Below, piece after piece: positions 29,937 through 39,900 of a stretch of DNA of 64,000 nucleotides. Below the pieces are notes generated by a model, which saw only the letters and a list, made by a program, of their open reading frames with translations, was not told the DNA's origin and searched no databases. Source of the DNA: Fidelibacterota bacterium (GTDB taxonomy: Bacteria; Fidelibacterota; Marinisomatia; Marinisomatales; TCS55); assembly GCA_046861385.1 (NCBI GenBank), contig JBHHTW010000003.1:1-64000 (forward strand), in the 5' to 3' direction. Both the position numbers and the translations under genes were made by a program. Every line of letters begins with the position of its first letter. The stretch's first letter is position 1.

Positions 29937-31661
29937 TTGGCACATATTTCTGACACCCATCAAAACGAATCATTTATTCGAAAATACATATTTTCATTAG
30001 ACCATAAAATAATCGGACTTCAGTACGGAATCACTAGTCTAATTTTTCTCTTTTTTGGGTTCTGTTTAATGATGATAATGCGCTGGCAATTGGCTTATCC
30101 GGAGCAGGTAGTCCCTATTGTCGGTGGTCTATTGGGAGAGGACGGTATTTTATTACCCGAAATATATAATTCTCTTGGCGCAATGCACGGAACCATCATG
30201 ATATTTCTTGGGGTCGTTCCATTAGCTGTTGGTGCGTTTGGAAACTACTTCGTTCCATTGCAAATTGGGGCGCCAGATATGGCTTTCCCGAAGCTCAATA
30301 TGGCAAGCTATTGGAGTTACTTCATTGGCGGAACAATCATGGTTGGCAGTTTTTTTACTCCGGAAGGTGCTGCCCGTTCCGGGTGGACATCTTACCCACC
30401 TTTATCGGTGATTGAAGTGGGCCAAACGATTTGGCTAATTGGAATGGTGTTTCTCATTACGTCTTCACTGTTGGGATCAGTAAACATTATTACAACTATT
30501 ATTCAGTTAAGAGCTCCGGGATTATCGTGGATGCGTCTTCCCTTCTTTATCTGGTCTCAGTTTGTAACGTCTTTTTTACTATTGCTAGCCTTTCCTCCTC
30601 TGGAAGCAGCTGCCGTATTACAATTGATGGATCGACTGGCGGGGACCAGTTTCTTCTTACCCAGTGGACTAGTGGTTTCGGGAGAACAATTAGCCGTCAG
30701 TGGTGGAGGTAGTCCTTTACTCTGGCAGCATCTATTCTGGTTTTTGGCACATCCGGAAGTCTATGTTTTAATTTTACCCGCCATGGGTATTGTGGCTGAA
30801 GTGATTGCCAATAATACACGGAGACCACTCTGGGGCTATAAATCAATGGTCTACGGATCGGTATTTTTGGGATTCATGTCGTTTATCGTGTGGGCGCATC
30901 ATATGTTTATTACCGGTATGGGGAGTACCATGAGCTCCTTCTTTCAGACAACGACAATGATTATTTCGATTCCTTCCGTCATCATTTTGTCCGCCATGTT
31001 TATTTCTCTATGGGGTGGTTCCATTCGGTTCAATACTCCCATGTTGTTCGCCCTGGCGTTCCTTCCCATGTTTGGTATTGGCGGCTTAACTGGATTACCT
31101 CTGGGGTTATCAGCATCGGATATCCATCTTCATGATACCTATTATGTTATCGGTCATTTTCACTATGTTGTGGCGCCAGGAACTATTTTTGCATTATTCG
31201 CCGGTCTTTATTACTGGTTTCCAAAAATTACCGGAAGAAAAATGAATGAAGTTTTAGGCAAAATTCATTTTTGGCCTTCGCTTATTTTTATGAACGGAGT
31301 ATTTATGCCAATGTTCATTCAGGGGTTGGCCGGTGTCTCAAGAAGACTCTGGGATGGGGGATTGCAGTATGCCCATGCTTCGGGGGTGGTCCAATGGAAT
31401 GAATTTATGTCCATCTCTGCCTGGATGCTGGGACTAGCGCAGATACCGTTCATTATCAATATTTTATACAGTATAAAAAATGGGAAGAAAGTTGATAGAA
31501 ATCCCTGGAAATCTACTACCCTGGAATGGACGGCACCTTCCCCACCATTGCCTCATAAAAATTTTGAAAAAATTCCCAAAGTCTACCGGACGGCGTATGA
31601 ATATAGTCTCCCGGGACGCAGTCAGGATTACACCCCGCAAACTGAACCGAATAAAGGGTAA
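29937..31661 (+). CDS. ctaD: Cytochrome c oxidase subunit I (A1 type)
   Basis: DHK.IG, HGTIMIF, GWTSYPPL, AHPEVY, WAHHM, HDTYYVIGHFHY; TTG start with AAAGGA RBS. Confidence 0.96.
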   Translation: MAHISDTHQNESFIRKYIFSLDHKIIGLQYGITSLIFLFFGFCLMMIMRWQLAYPEQVVPIVGGLLGEDGILLPEIYNSLGAMHGTIMIFLGVVPLAVGAFGNYFVPLQIGAPDMAFPKLNMASYWSYFIGGTIMVGSFFTPEGAARSGWTSYPPLSVIEVGQTIWLIGMVFLITSSLLGSVNIITTIIQLRAPGLSWMRLPFFIWSQFVTSFLLLLAFPPLEAAAVLQLMDRLAGTSFFLPSGLVVSGEQLAVSGGGSPLLWQHLFWFLAHPEVYVLILPAMGIVAEVIANNTRRPLWGYKSMVYGSVFLGFMSFIVWAHHMFITGMGSTMSSFFQTTTMIISIPSVIILSAMFISLWGGSIRFNTPMLFALAFLPMFGIGGLTGLPLGLSASDIHLHDTYYVIGHFHYVVAPGTIFALFAGLYYWFPKITGRKMNEVLGKIHFWPSLIFMNGVFMPMFIQGLAGVSRRLWDGGLQYAHASGVVQWNEFMSISAWMLGLAQIPFIINILYSIKNGKKVDRNPWKSTTLEWTAPSPPLPHKNFEKIPKVYRTAYEYSLPGRSQDYTPQTEPNKG

Positions 31662-31667
31662 TCATTT

Positions 31668-32264
31668 ATGGAAATTCCTTATACAATTAAAGAAAGACCC
31701 GATACAGGATTAATCAATTCCAAAATTGGAATCTGGTTATTTTTAGCTTCAGAAGTTATGCTTTTTGGTGGTTTATTTTCTGCCTATGTTTTTTTGAGAC
31801 TGGGGGCGGCTGAAGGGGCCTTCCATGAATGGGGACAGGTCTTAAATGTACCCTTGGCCACCTTGAATACATTAATCTTGATTTCCTCCAGCGTCACAAT
31901 GGTCATGGCCTGGGCCTCCTTGAAATTAAATGATTTTAAACAGTATAAATTATATATGGGCTTGACGCTTTTGTGTGCTGCCGCTTTTCTGGTGATCAAA
32001 TATTTTGAATATTCCGCTAAATTTCACCACGGTCTCTACCCGTCTACCAACACTTTTATGGCTATTTATTTTACATTAACTGGGTTACATATGCTCCACA
32101 TTATCGGTGGAATGATTGTTAACGGATATTTTTTCGGGCCCGGATCCAAAATGTGGAAAACAGAGCCGGAACATTTTACAAACAGGATTGAAACAGCAGG
32201 ATTATACTGGCATTTTGTTGATCTGGTATGGATTTTTCTATTCCCTGTTCTTTATTTACTCTAG
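31668..32264 (+). CDS. ctaE: Cytochrome c oxidase subunit III
   Basis: WLFLASEVMLF, TGLHMLHI, YWHFVDLVWIFLF. Confidence 0.93.
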   Translation: MEIPYTIKERPDTGLINSKIGIWLFLASEVMLFGGLFSAYVFLRLGAAEGAFHEWGQVLNVPLATLNTLILISSSVTMVMAWASLKLNDFKQYKLYMGLTLLCAAAFLVIKYFEYSAKFHHGLYPSTNTFMAIYFTLTGLHMLHIIGGMIVNGYFFGPGSKMWKTEPEHFTNRIETAGLYWHFVDLVWIFLFPVLYLL

Positions 32265-32275
32265 GAGTTAGACAT

Positions 32276-32584
32276 ATGAATACAGAAGTAACGGCCTTAG
32301 AAATTAAAAACCACGTAAAGGTCTATATCATGATCTTCGGCCTATTAGCCGTATTAACGCTGGTAACTGTTGGTGCATCCTATCTGAACCTGGAAGCGGG
32401 AGAGACCATTTTTTTGGCCCTGTCTATTGCCACCATTAAGGGATCGCTGGTCGCGGGTTATTTTATGCATTTGATTTCCGAAAAAACCATGATAAAATGG
32501 GTGCTTATGCTAACCATATTTTTCTTTTTACTGCTGATGTTTCTTCCAACCATTTCTGTGATAGATCAGGTGAATTTCCGATGA
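32276..32584 (+). CDS. Cytochrome c oxidase subunit IV family protein
   Basis: LAVLTLVTV, IATIKGSLVAGYFMHL; ATG 32276 with AGGAG RBS. Confidence 0.85.
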   Translation: MNTEVTALEIKNHVKVYIMIFGLLAVLTLVTVGASYLNLEAGETIFLALSIATIKGSLVAGYFMHLISEKTMIKWVLMLTIFFFLLLMFLPTISVIDQVNFR

Positions 32585-32775
32585 TTTCTCTAAAAACATT
32601 TCACCTGTTTTTCATTTCCATGTCATTCATTATTACCATCTGGTTTGCCATTTATATTTTTCAGCAGCCATCCAATGGACTGTCGCCTGCTGTGGGCATT
32701 TTATCATTGGTTTGTGGAATGGGACTGTTGATTTATGGAAAAAATGTCTACAAAAAATTCAAAGGATTATCATGA
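32581..32775 (+). CDS. Small two-TM membrane protein in oxidase operon
   Basis: MISLKTFHLFFI...; ATGA overlaps with both neighbours. Confidence 0.65.
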   Translation: MISLKTFHLFFISMSFIITIWFAIYIFQQPSNGLSPAVGILSLVCGMGLLIYGKNVYKKFKGLS

Positions 32776-32999
32776 AGAAATTATTCACAACCATTATGGT
32801 AATGGCATTATCATCTGAAATGATCTGGGCTTGTGCGACTTGTTTTGGAGATCCGGATGCACCGGCAACCCACGGAATGAATGGAGCCATTATCGCGTTA
32901 TTACTTGTAATCGGAAGCGTGCTGTCTGCTGTGGCAGTAAATATTGTATCTTTTAGAAATAGAGCAAAAATGTATATGAATCAAGAACATAGTCAATGA
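32772..32999 (+). CDS. Small exported CxxC protein with C-terminal TM
   Basis: Signal peptide, WACATCFGDPD, hydrophobic helix; ATGA coupling. Confidence 0.65.
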   Translation: MKKLFTTIMVMALSSEMIWACATCFGDPDAPATHGMNGAIIALLLVIGSVLSAVAVNIVSFRNRAKMYMNQEHSQ

Positions 33000-33013
33000 G
33001 GGATTAAGATTTA

Positions 33014-33844
33014 ATGATTGAAATACTTCGACATGTTGGGTTACCGATCAGCGCATCTACAGATGGAGTAGCCATCGATGAAATTATTGGCTTGGTACAC
33101 TGGCTTATGTTAGTGTTGTTTATTGGATGGGGTCTGTTTTTTATTATTTCCCTTGTAAAATTTCGTGCATCAAAATACACCAAAGCGGATCCGGAAGGCG
33201 TTAGGTCACATATTTCATCTGTGTTAGAAGTCGTTGTAGCCATTATTGAAATGATTATTTTAGTCGGTTTTGCCCTTCCTGTTTGGGCGAATCGTGTGAA
33301 TAATGTGCCAGATTCTGGTGACGATATCGTCCATTTGCGAATTGTGGCCCAGCAGTATGTCTGGAATATCCACTATCCGGGACCGGATGGAAAATTCGGT
33401 GAAACAAGGCCGGAACTAGTCGATGAAATGGAAAATCCTATCGGATTGGATCGTTCATCTGAGTTTGGAAAAGATGATTTTCTCACCATTAATCAACTCC
33501 ATATTCCTGTCCATAAAACGGTAAGAATAGATTTATCAACCAAAGACGTGATTCACAGTTTTTTTCTTCCTGAATTGCGGGTAAAACAGGATGCCATTCC
33601 TGGAATGAATATCCCTGTTCATTTTGAAGCAACGATGACCACAGATAAATTCCTGGATTCCGTGAAGGGAACACCGAGGGAAGGAAAAGGATTCGAAATT
33701 GCCTGTGCTCAATTATGTGGTATGGGACATTATAGAATGAAAGGCTTCTTGACCGTCCACGATCCGGCAGGATATGAAGCGTGGTTGGCTGATCAAGAAG
33801 CATTGTTAAATGAAGAAGATGATTGGGAAGATGATGGTTGGTAG
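33014..33844 (+). CDS. ctaC: Cytochrome c oxidase subunit II (CuA, no fused heme c)
   Basis: Two TMs; QYVW; DVIHSF..KQDAIPG; CAQLCGMGHYRM. Confidence 0.94.
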   Translation: MIEILRHVGLPISASTDGVAIDEIIGLVHWLMLVLFIGWGLFFIISLVKFRASKYTKADPEGVRSHISSVLEVVVAIIEMIILVGFALPVWANRVNNVPDSGDDIVHLRIVAQQYVWNIHYPGPDGKFGETRPELVDEMENPIGLDRSSEFGKDDFLTINQLHIPVHKTVRIDLSTKDVIHSFFLPELRVKQDAIPGMNIPVHFEATMTTDKFLDSVKGTPREGKGFEIACAQLCGMGHYRMKGFLTVHDPAGYEAWLADQEALLNEEDDWEDDGW

Positions 33845-33985
33845 GTGTCATAGTATTCTGTTCAATTATGGTTGATCAATCCTGGTGATAACACTTCATT
33901 TCAAAACGAATGATCAAAATATTGCATTCTAATCCATAACCATTTTTATGTTAACAGAAATATCCTACCTTTATTATCCATCAAA

Positions 33986-34969
33986 ATGATGACTTCCCAT
34001 TGCCATATTTTTCGCTGTTATACCAAATTTGTTGTGGGAATGACTCTTTTTTTGATTTTTGTTGGGGCATTGGTGAAGAGTCACGAAGCCGGACTTTCTG
34101 TGCCGGACTGGCCGACAACCTACGGGTACCAAATGTTTGCCTTTCCCTGGTCCGATATGGTTGGGGGCATTTTTTACGAACACGGTCACCGGATGCTTGC
34201 AACTTTCTTAGGCGCCTTGACTTTAATAATGGCTTTCTGGCTGGGATTAAAAGAAAAGAGAAAGCCGGTGAAACTCTTGGGTTATACCGCTTTGGTCCTG
34301 GTTATTGTCCAGGGACTTCTTGGTGGATTAACCGTTTTGTTTTTTTTACCTGTTTCTATTTCTCTCCTTCACGGTGTGGTGGCTCAAACATTTTTTCTTG
34401 TTGTTATTTTGATTGCTTTTTCCCAATCCAAGGAGTTCCATCAAGGAAAGCGATCTTATCGGGATGGAAGTTATTTTTATATCCTGGCATTGTTAATTGC
34501 TGTTTTTATTCAATTAATTATCGGTGCTTGGATGCGCCATACTGAATCTGGATTGGCCATATATGATTTTCCCAAAATGGCGGGAGCCTGGTTGCCGTTG
34601 TTTAATCATGCGATGTTGAAACATATTAATGACTGGCGTTTTAATATGGACCTGCCCGATGTGACGTTATTTCAGGTAATGATTCACTTTATTCACCGGT
34701 TAGGGGCATTGGTTATTTTCGTACTTACAGTTGTCACTCATTATAAAATGATCCGCTATCTAAACCGATATTCAAGGAGAATTAAAAGGAACCTGTATTT
34801 TTTAGATAGCCTAATTTTGATCCAAATTCTATTAGGCGCTTTTACCATCTGGTCAGCCAAAGGGCCTTTCATTACGAGTTTTCATGTAATGAATGGCGCC
34901 ATGGTCATGGGTGCTTGTTTTTTATTGTTATTAAGATTGTCCGATTTATCATTTTTAAGGGCGACATAA
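33986..34969 (+). CDS. ctaA: Heme A synthase (COX15/CtaA)
   Basis: GLSVPDWP, EHGHR, HFIHR, FHVMNG. Confidence 0.88.
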   Translation: MMTSHCHIFRCYTKFVVGMTLFLIFVGALVKSHEAGLSVPDWPTTYGYQMFAFPWSDMVGGIFYEHGHRMLATFLGALTLIMAFWLGLKEKRKPVKLLGYTALVLVIVQGLLGGLTVLFFLPVSISLLHGVVAQTFFLVVILIAFSQSKEFHQGKRSYRDGSYFYILALLIAVFIQLIIGAWMRHTESGLAIYDFPKMAGAWLPLFNHAMLKHINDWRFNMDLPDVTLFQVMIHFIHRLGALVIFVLTVVTHYKMIRYLNRYSRRIKRNLYFLDSLILIQILLGAFTIWSAKGPFITSFHVMNGAMVMGACFLLLLRLSDLSFLRAT

Positions 34970-34972
34970 ACG

Positions 34973-35851
34973 ATGAAAACCAAACGAATGACAGGAAAAA
35001 ACTTTGCTGCCTATTTTGAATTAATGAAACCCAATATCATGTCTTTGGTATTGGTCACTACCGTATTGGGGTATTACTTAGGTGGAAATGGTATTGATTC
35101 CTGGTCCAGGTTGGCAATGGTCCTTTTCGGGACGGCCTTAACGGCCGGGGGGTCTGGAGCATTAAATCATTATTTGGAAAGAGATTCAGATAAATTAATG
35201 GACCGGACCAAAAATCGACCAATTCCAACGGGGATGATTTTACCGGCTGATGCGTTAATATTCGGTGTAATCCTGGTGGTCTCCGGGACCGTATTCCTCG
35301 CATATAATATTAATTTATTAACGGGGTTTTTGTCAATAATGACATCATTCCTGTATATTTTGGTTTATACGCCATTAAAAAAAATAACCTGGTTGAATAC
35401 TTCAATAGGATCGATTCCAGGGGCCTTGCCGCCTGTAGGAGGCTGGGCAGCGGCTACAGGAGACCTAAGTACTGGTGCATGGATATTATTTGCCATTATG
35501 TTTCTATGGCAACATCCCCATTTCTATGCAATCGCGTGGATATTTAAAGAAGATTATGCCAAAGCTGACTTTAAAATGCTTCCGGTCATAGAGCCGGATG
35601 GAAAAAGAACCGTCAGGCAAATATTCTGGCATTTGATTTTATTAATTCCCATATCTGCTATGCCATATTTTAGCGGCATTTCCGGGGATTTCTATTTGTT
35701 TAGTGTTATTATTTTAACTGGACTCTTTTTTATTTCAGCGATACCCATGTATCGTGAAAAAAACAGAAATAATGCCAGGGCGCTTTTAAAGTCGTCCATT
35801 ATTTATTTACCAATTTTATTAATCTTGATTGTTGTTGATAAAGCTATATGA
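34973..35851 (+). CDS. ctaB: Heme O synthase (protoheme IX farnesyltransferase)
   Basis: MDRTKNRP, YTPLK, PGALPPVGGW, WQHPHF. Confidence 0.95.
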   Translation: MKTKRMTGKNFAAYFELMKPNIMSLVLVTTVLGYYLGGNGIDSWSRLAMVLFGTALTAGGSGALNHYLERDSDKLMDRTKNRPIPTGMILPADALIFGVILVVSGTVFLAYNINLLTGFLSIMTSFLYILVYTPLKKITWLNTSIGSIPGALPPVGGWAAATGDLSTGAWILFAIMFLWQHPHFYAIAWIFKEDYAKADFKMLPVIEPDGKRTVRQIFWHLILLIPISAMPYFSGISGDFYLFSVIILTGLFFISAIPMYREKNRNNARALLKSSIIYLPILLILIVVDKAI

Positions 35852-36423
35852 TTTCTCAACGTAACCGATTCATTATTTATGTGATTGGTGCTATAATAAT
35901 TGCCGGCACGTGGTGGATAAAGACCCCGAAACCATTGCCGATTCTTGGGAGTATACCTTCATTTGACATGATTGATACTAATGGCGGTCCATTTGGATCG
36001 ACGGACTTAAAGGGAAAAATCTGGGTAGCTGATTTTATTTTTACCACCTGTGCCGGTCCATGTCCCGTAATGAGTTCAGAAATGGCTGGAATTCATAAAA
36101 CATTTATCAATGATCCAAATATTCAGACAGTTTCTTATTCAGTTAATCCTGATTATGACACACCGGAAGTTTTGAATGAATATGCCAAACGATTTGATGC
36201 AGACACGGATCAATGGCATTTTCTTCATGCTCCAGAAGAAGATATTCGATCGATCATTATAAATGGATTCAAAATGGGGGACATGGAAGATATTGTATTT
36301 CACAGCACGCGATTTGCATTAGTAGATAAAAATAATAAAATACGCGGTTACTACATCGGCACGGATCACGATGAAGTTAATAAGCTGAAACACGACATAG
36401 TTCAATTAAGCCAATCAAATTAA
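35848..36423 (+). CDS. SCO1/SenC copper chaperone
   Basis: FTTCAGPCP, VNPDYDTPE, FHSTRFALVD. Confidence 0.92.
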   Translation: MISQRNRFIIYVIGAIIIAGTWWIKTPKPLPILGSIPSFDMIDTNGGPFGSTDLKGKIWVADFIFTTCAGPCPVMSSEMAGIHKTFINDPNIQTVSYSVNPDYDTPEVLNEYAKRFDADTDQWHFLHAPEEDIRSIIINGFKMGDMEDIVFHSTRFALVDKNNKIRGYYIGTDHDEVNKLKHDIVQLSQSN

Positions 36424-36426
36424 TAA

Positions 36427-36954
36427 ATGTCTGATTCCATAAAATCAGATAGATTCTGGCTAAATATTATTTATATTGCTTCTACGATTATTACTTTCGC
36501 TGTTGCATTTTTAATCCTGGGGCCAAGACCTGAAGGAATGGAAGGGAGTATAGACGTTTCTTCCTTACCCACCGTTAATGCTGTACTTAATAGTATCACT
36601 TCCATTCTTTTAATTATTGGATTCTTTTTCATCAAACACAAGAAAAAAGAGATTCATAAAAAATTTATGTTAACAGCATTTGGCACCTCATTTGCATTTT
36701 TAGTTTCCTATGTCATCTACCATTGGTTTAAAAGTGGTCCAAAGGTCTACGTGGGAGATTTTTCCTCTGTATATTATATCATTTTATTAACACATATACT
36801 GCTTGCTGTTATCATAATTCCTCTAGCACTGTTAACGTTATATAGAGGTTGGACGACTCAGTTATCCAAACACCGTAAAATAGCGAAAATTACATTTCCC
36901 ATTTGGATGGTTGTGTCCGTTTCCGGCGTGTTAGTATATTATATGTTATATTAA
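36427..36954 (+). CDS. DUF420 (CtaM-like) oxidase assembly membrane protein
   Basis: LPTVNAVLN, HKKFM, FLVSYV.YH, THILLA, HRKIAK.TFPIW..VS. Confidence 0.88.
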   Translation: MSDSIKSDRFWLNIIYIASTIITFAVAFLILGPRPEGMEGSIDVSSLPTVNAVLNSITSILLIIGFFFIKHKKKEIHKKFMLTAFGTSFAFLVSYVIYHWFKSGPKVYVGDFSSVYYIILLTHILLAVIIIPLALLTLYRGWTTQLSKHRKIAKITFPIWMVVSVSGVLVYYMLY

Positions 36955-39900
36955 AGAATTTTTACTAATCCTGCAAAATTGGGATTGGTTTTGAATCCAT
37001 GATGCTGGAAAAATTCCGACGTCATAAATGGAACGGTCACGTAGTGTACTGAATTTTTCTTTAATCGCTGCAAACATTCATTTAGCAGTCTTGCGCCCAA
37101 ACCACTATTATGATATTTTTCGATAAGCGCTATTTTTTCCAAATGAGCTGTTTGGTCATCAATGATTTTCCAATAAATGCCTCCACATTGTTTATTAGCA
37201 GGTGAAAACATCAATAAAAATATATGTTCTTCAGTAAAATTTGCATGAAGATTAAAGGATAATAATAAATCATGAAATAACGCTAATTCTTTTGGTTTAT
37301 GTGGTGGTCGTATAGTAAATAAATTATTTCCTTTATCCTTAATCTTAACGATTAATTCATGTTTATGCATTCCAGAATCATGGAGTATTAATTCGGCATA
37401 GTCTGAAGGTTCTACATGATGATAAATTAATCGAGTCAGGAAATAGGCATCATTCTCAGAACAATTCGAATCAATTATTAATCTCCGTATCATGGATTCG
37501 GCTTCCTCTTGGCTCATGGTGGAGTTAAATAATCCTGATGATAATCTAAGAAGTTCCTTCACAAGGTGAGTTTCATGATTTAGAAAACAGGTTAAAAGAA
37601 AAAATCGAATCCTAATGACCGGGTTTTCTTCGTGCAATTCATGCAATTTATAATCTTTATATAATTCTTGAAGAATTTCACTCTGGGCCTGGATAGTTGC
37701 ATCTTTATTCAAATCCATCCAGCGTTGAAATCGACGAGAAGCAAAAACGACCGGTTTTGGTAAATATCCATACATTGAAACTTTGTCGATGTACTCTTGA
37801 ATGACTTTGGCATTTAACCCATGTATTTCATTATTTCTTAATTCATGACCAATTTTCGTTAATATGGATAACCCATCTGCTGTACCTGATGTTTGCAATA
37901 TGCAGGAAAAAATAACATCCCATTTCACTACATGATTCAATCCTTGAAAACGGTTTTCAGTCGATATAATGAGATTTTCATATAAAGATATTAATGCCTC
38001 TAAAAGAGATTCTACTTTTATTGTCTTGAATGTTCGTATTAATCGCACATGTGTTGCATTGTCAAATTCAGAAACAATCACATTCTTGATAGTGGGATTT
38101 TTAATTGTAAGCTTGTAGTCTGTTTTTGCCATAAAATCTATATATCCCTGCAAGCTGCTCCATCCAAAATGCAGCCAGCGCATATCCCATCTATCACGCA
38201 ACTTTTTGTTATTTATTTCATTCTCCCTACTTTTTAAATACCAATAAACGTCCGAACCACGGTCATACTCAGTAATAATGGTCTTTTGTTCTGGCCAGTA
38301 TGTAATAAAATTATTTAGGAGATTTGTATTTTCAATTCCCGAACTCATTAGTATTTGCCGGTTAGATATATCATCTATTTCTTTCTTGGTAACGTTTGGT
38401 AAATGAGAAATGATAAAATTGTATGCGGATCCGTCCATCAAAGTCAAAAGGGTTCTGTATTGGATACATCCATCTTCACGGCTTAGTTCACTGACCCAAA
38501 TCCCTTCATTATCAATTTCAGAAAGATCAACAATTCTTCCACCTGTAAGAACAAAAATTGTTGAAAAAATGACCGATTGTTTTTGAAATAGATTGAGGAT
38601 GTAAATCTGCTGATCTCTTTTAATTGACGGTTCAAATTGTATTCTTTTTTCCCAGTCTTTCCCGTTGGTTTTTTGTTTTGGCAACATAGTGAAAAATCGC
38701 TCGGACAAAACTTCCATACTCAACTTAATGTGTGGAGATAATTCAGTATTTATCGATGAATGCGTCCAGTTGTTTAATTCATGCCTAATAAAAGAAAAAT
38801 ATTTCGGATGGATTAATGCAATATCAACACATAATTGAAACAGCATCTCTATAAAATGATGAGATGTGGAGTCGGTCGAATTTTGTTTTCTGGCGGAAGT
38901 AAGCTCTAATAAAATTGCTTCTATATGGATATATTTCAGCCTGGTTTTATCTAAATCCCATGTTTTAAGTTTTTTAGCATTACGCAACTTTTCAAATAGG
39001 ATCTTTAAGTTTATTAGAAAAACGGATTCGTCAAGATAGGGGATAATGAAATTAAAGATCTTTTGGGAGAATCTTAAATTCTTGTCGTGAATCATACGCT
39101 CCAGTATAGCAACACCAATTCTTCTAAACTGGTTATCACTGTTATCAAACACTCTATTTATCAATTTCAACCCAGATAGTTTGTGTTCCATCAGTGCTAA
39201 TACTGCATTATTCAACAAGTTCAAGGGTGAGTTAGTATCAGCCATCGGTTGTGCAGGCGATTTAATGGCCATATCAAACACTGATAATTCTTTTGATTTT
39301 TTAAAATGTATTAAATCGAAAACAAGACGCCCGGTAAATTCAATTAATTGTTGATTTCCAATCCACAATCTTGGATCGAGAAGAAGCTCCTCAAGATCTA
39401 TATGATCTTGGTTAACCTTATATATGAAATCTCCTAAATGCAGATGATTTCCTCTCCAAGTACATCTGCATCTTTTATTGATGGATTTTATAATCAAATA
39501 CTGTTTTTTTAAGTGAATACCTTGCGGTATAATTTCTAATTTCTTAAAAAACCAATTTGGAATCGATAGGCGATTCCCATTTATATTCAATTCAGTCTGA
39601 TCACTAGAATATAACTGTTGAATAATATCAGACCATCGATTGAGGATATTTTTCCGCTTATAAGTTCCTTTCTGTGTAAGTTCATCATTTTCAATCGTAA
39701 AATTTCTGGGAATGACAGCAAAATTAATCATGCGTTCATAACTCGATAAAAAACCATTCACAGAGTGGATGAGTGCTCCGATAGAAGATCTGATTTCATC
39801 AGGATTTCTGTCGGGGAAATGAGCGTCTAAATATTTGGGATTTGGGTAGATTAATACAGTATTATAATCCATTCGATCACCGACCAGAAAAGCCGATTCG

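Noticed and set aside
34000-34545. 181-aa alternative-frame ORF and the other 60-155-aa ORFs nested in or antisense to long genes
   Set aside because: Shadow ORFs of well-supported genes with no independent motifs
20131-36954. Respiratory cluster as a tRNA-integrated genomic island
   Set aside because: The tRNA repeat lies before, not after, the cluster; no integrase, distal att copy or obvious compositional shift seen
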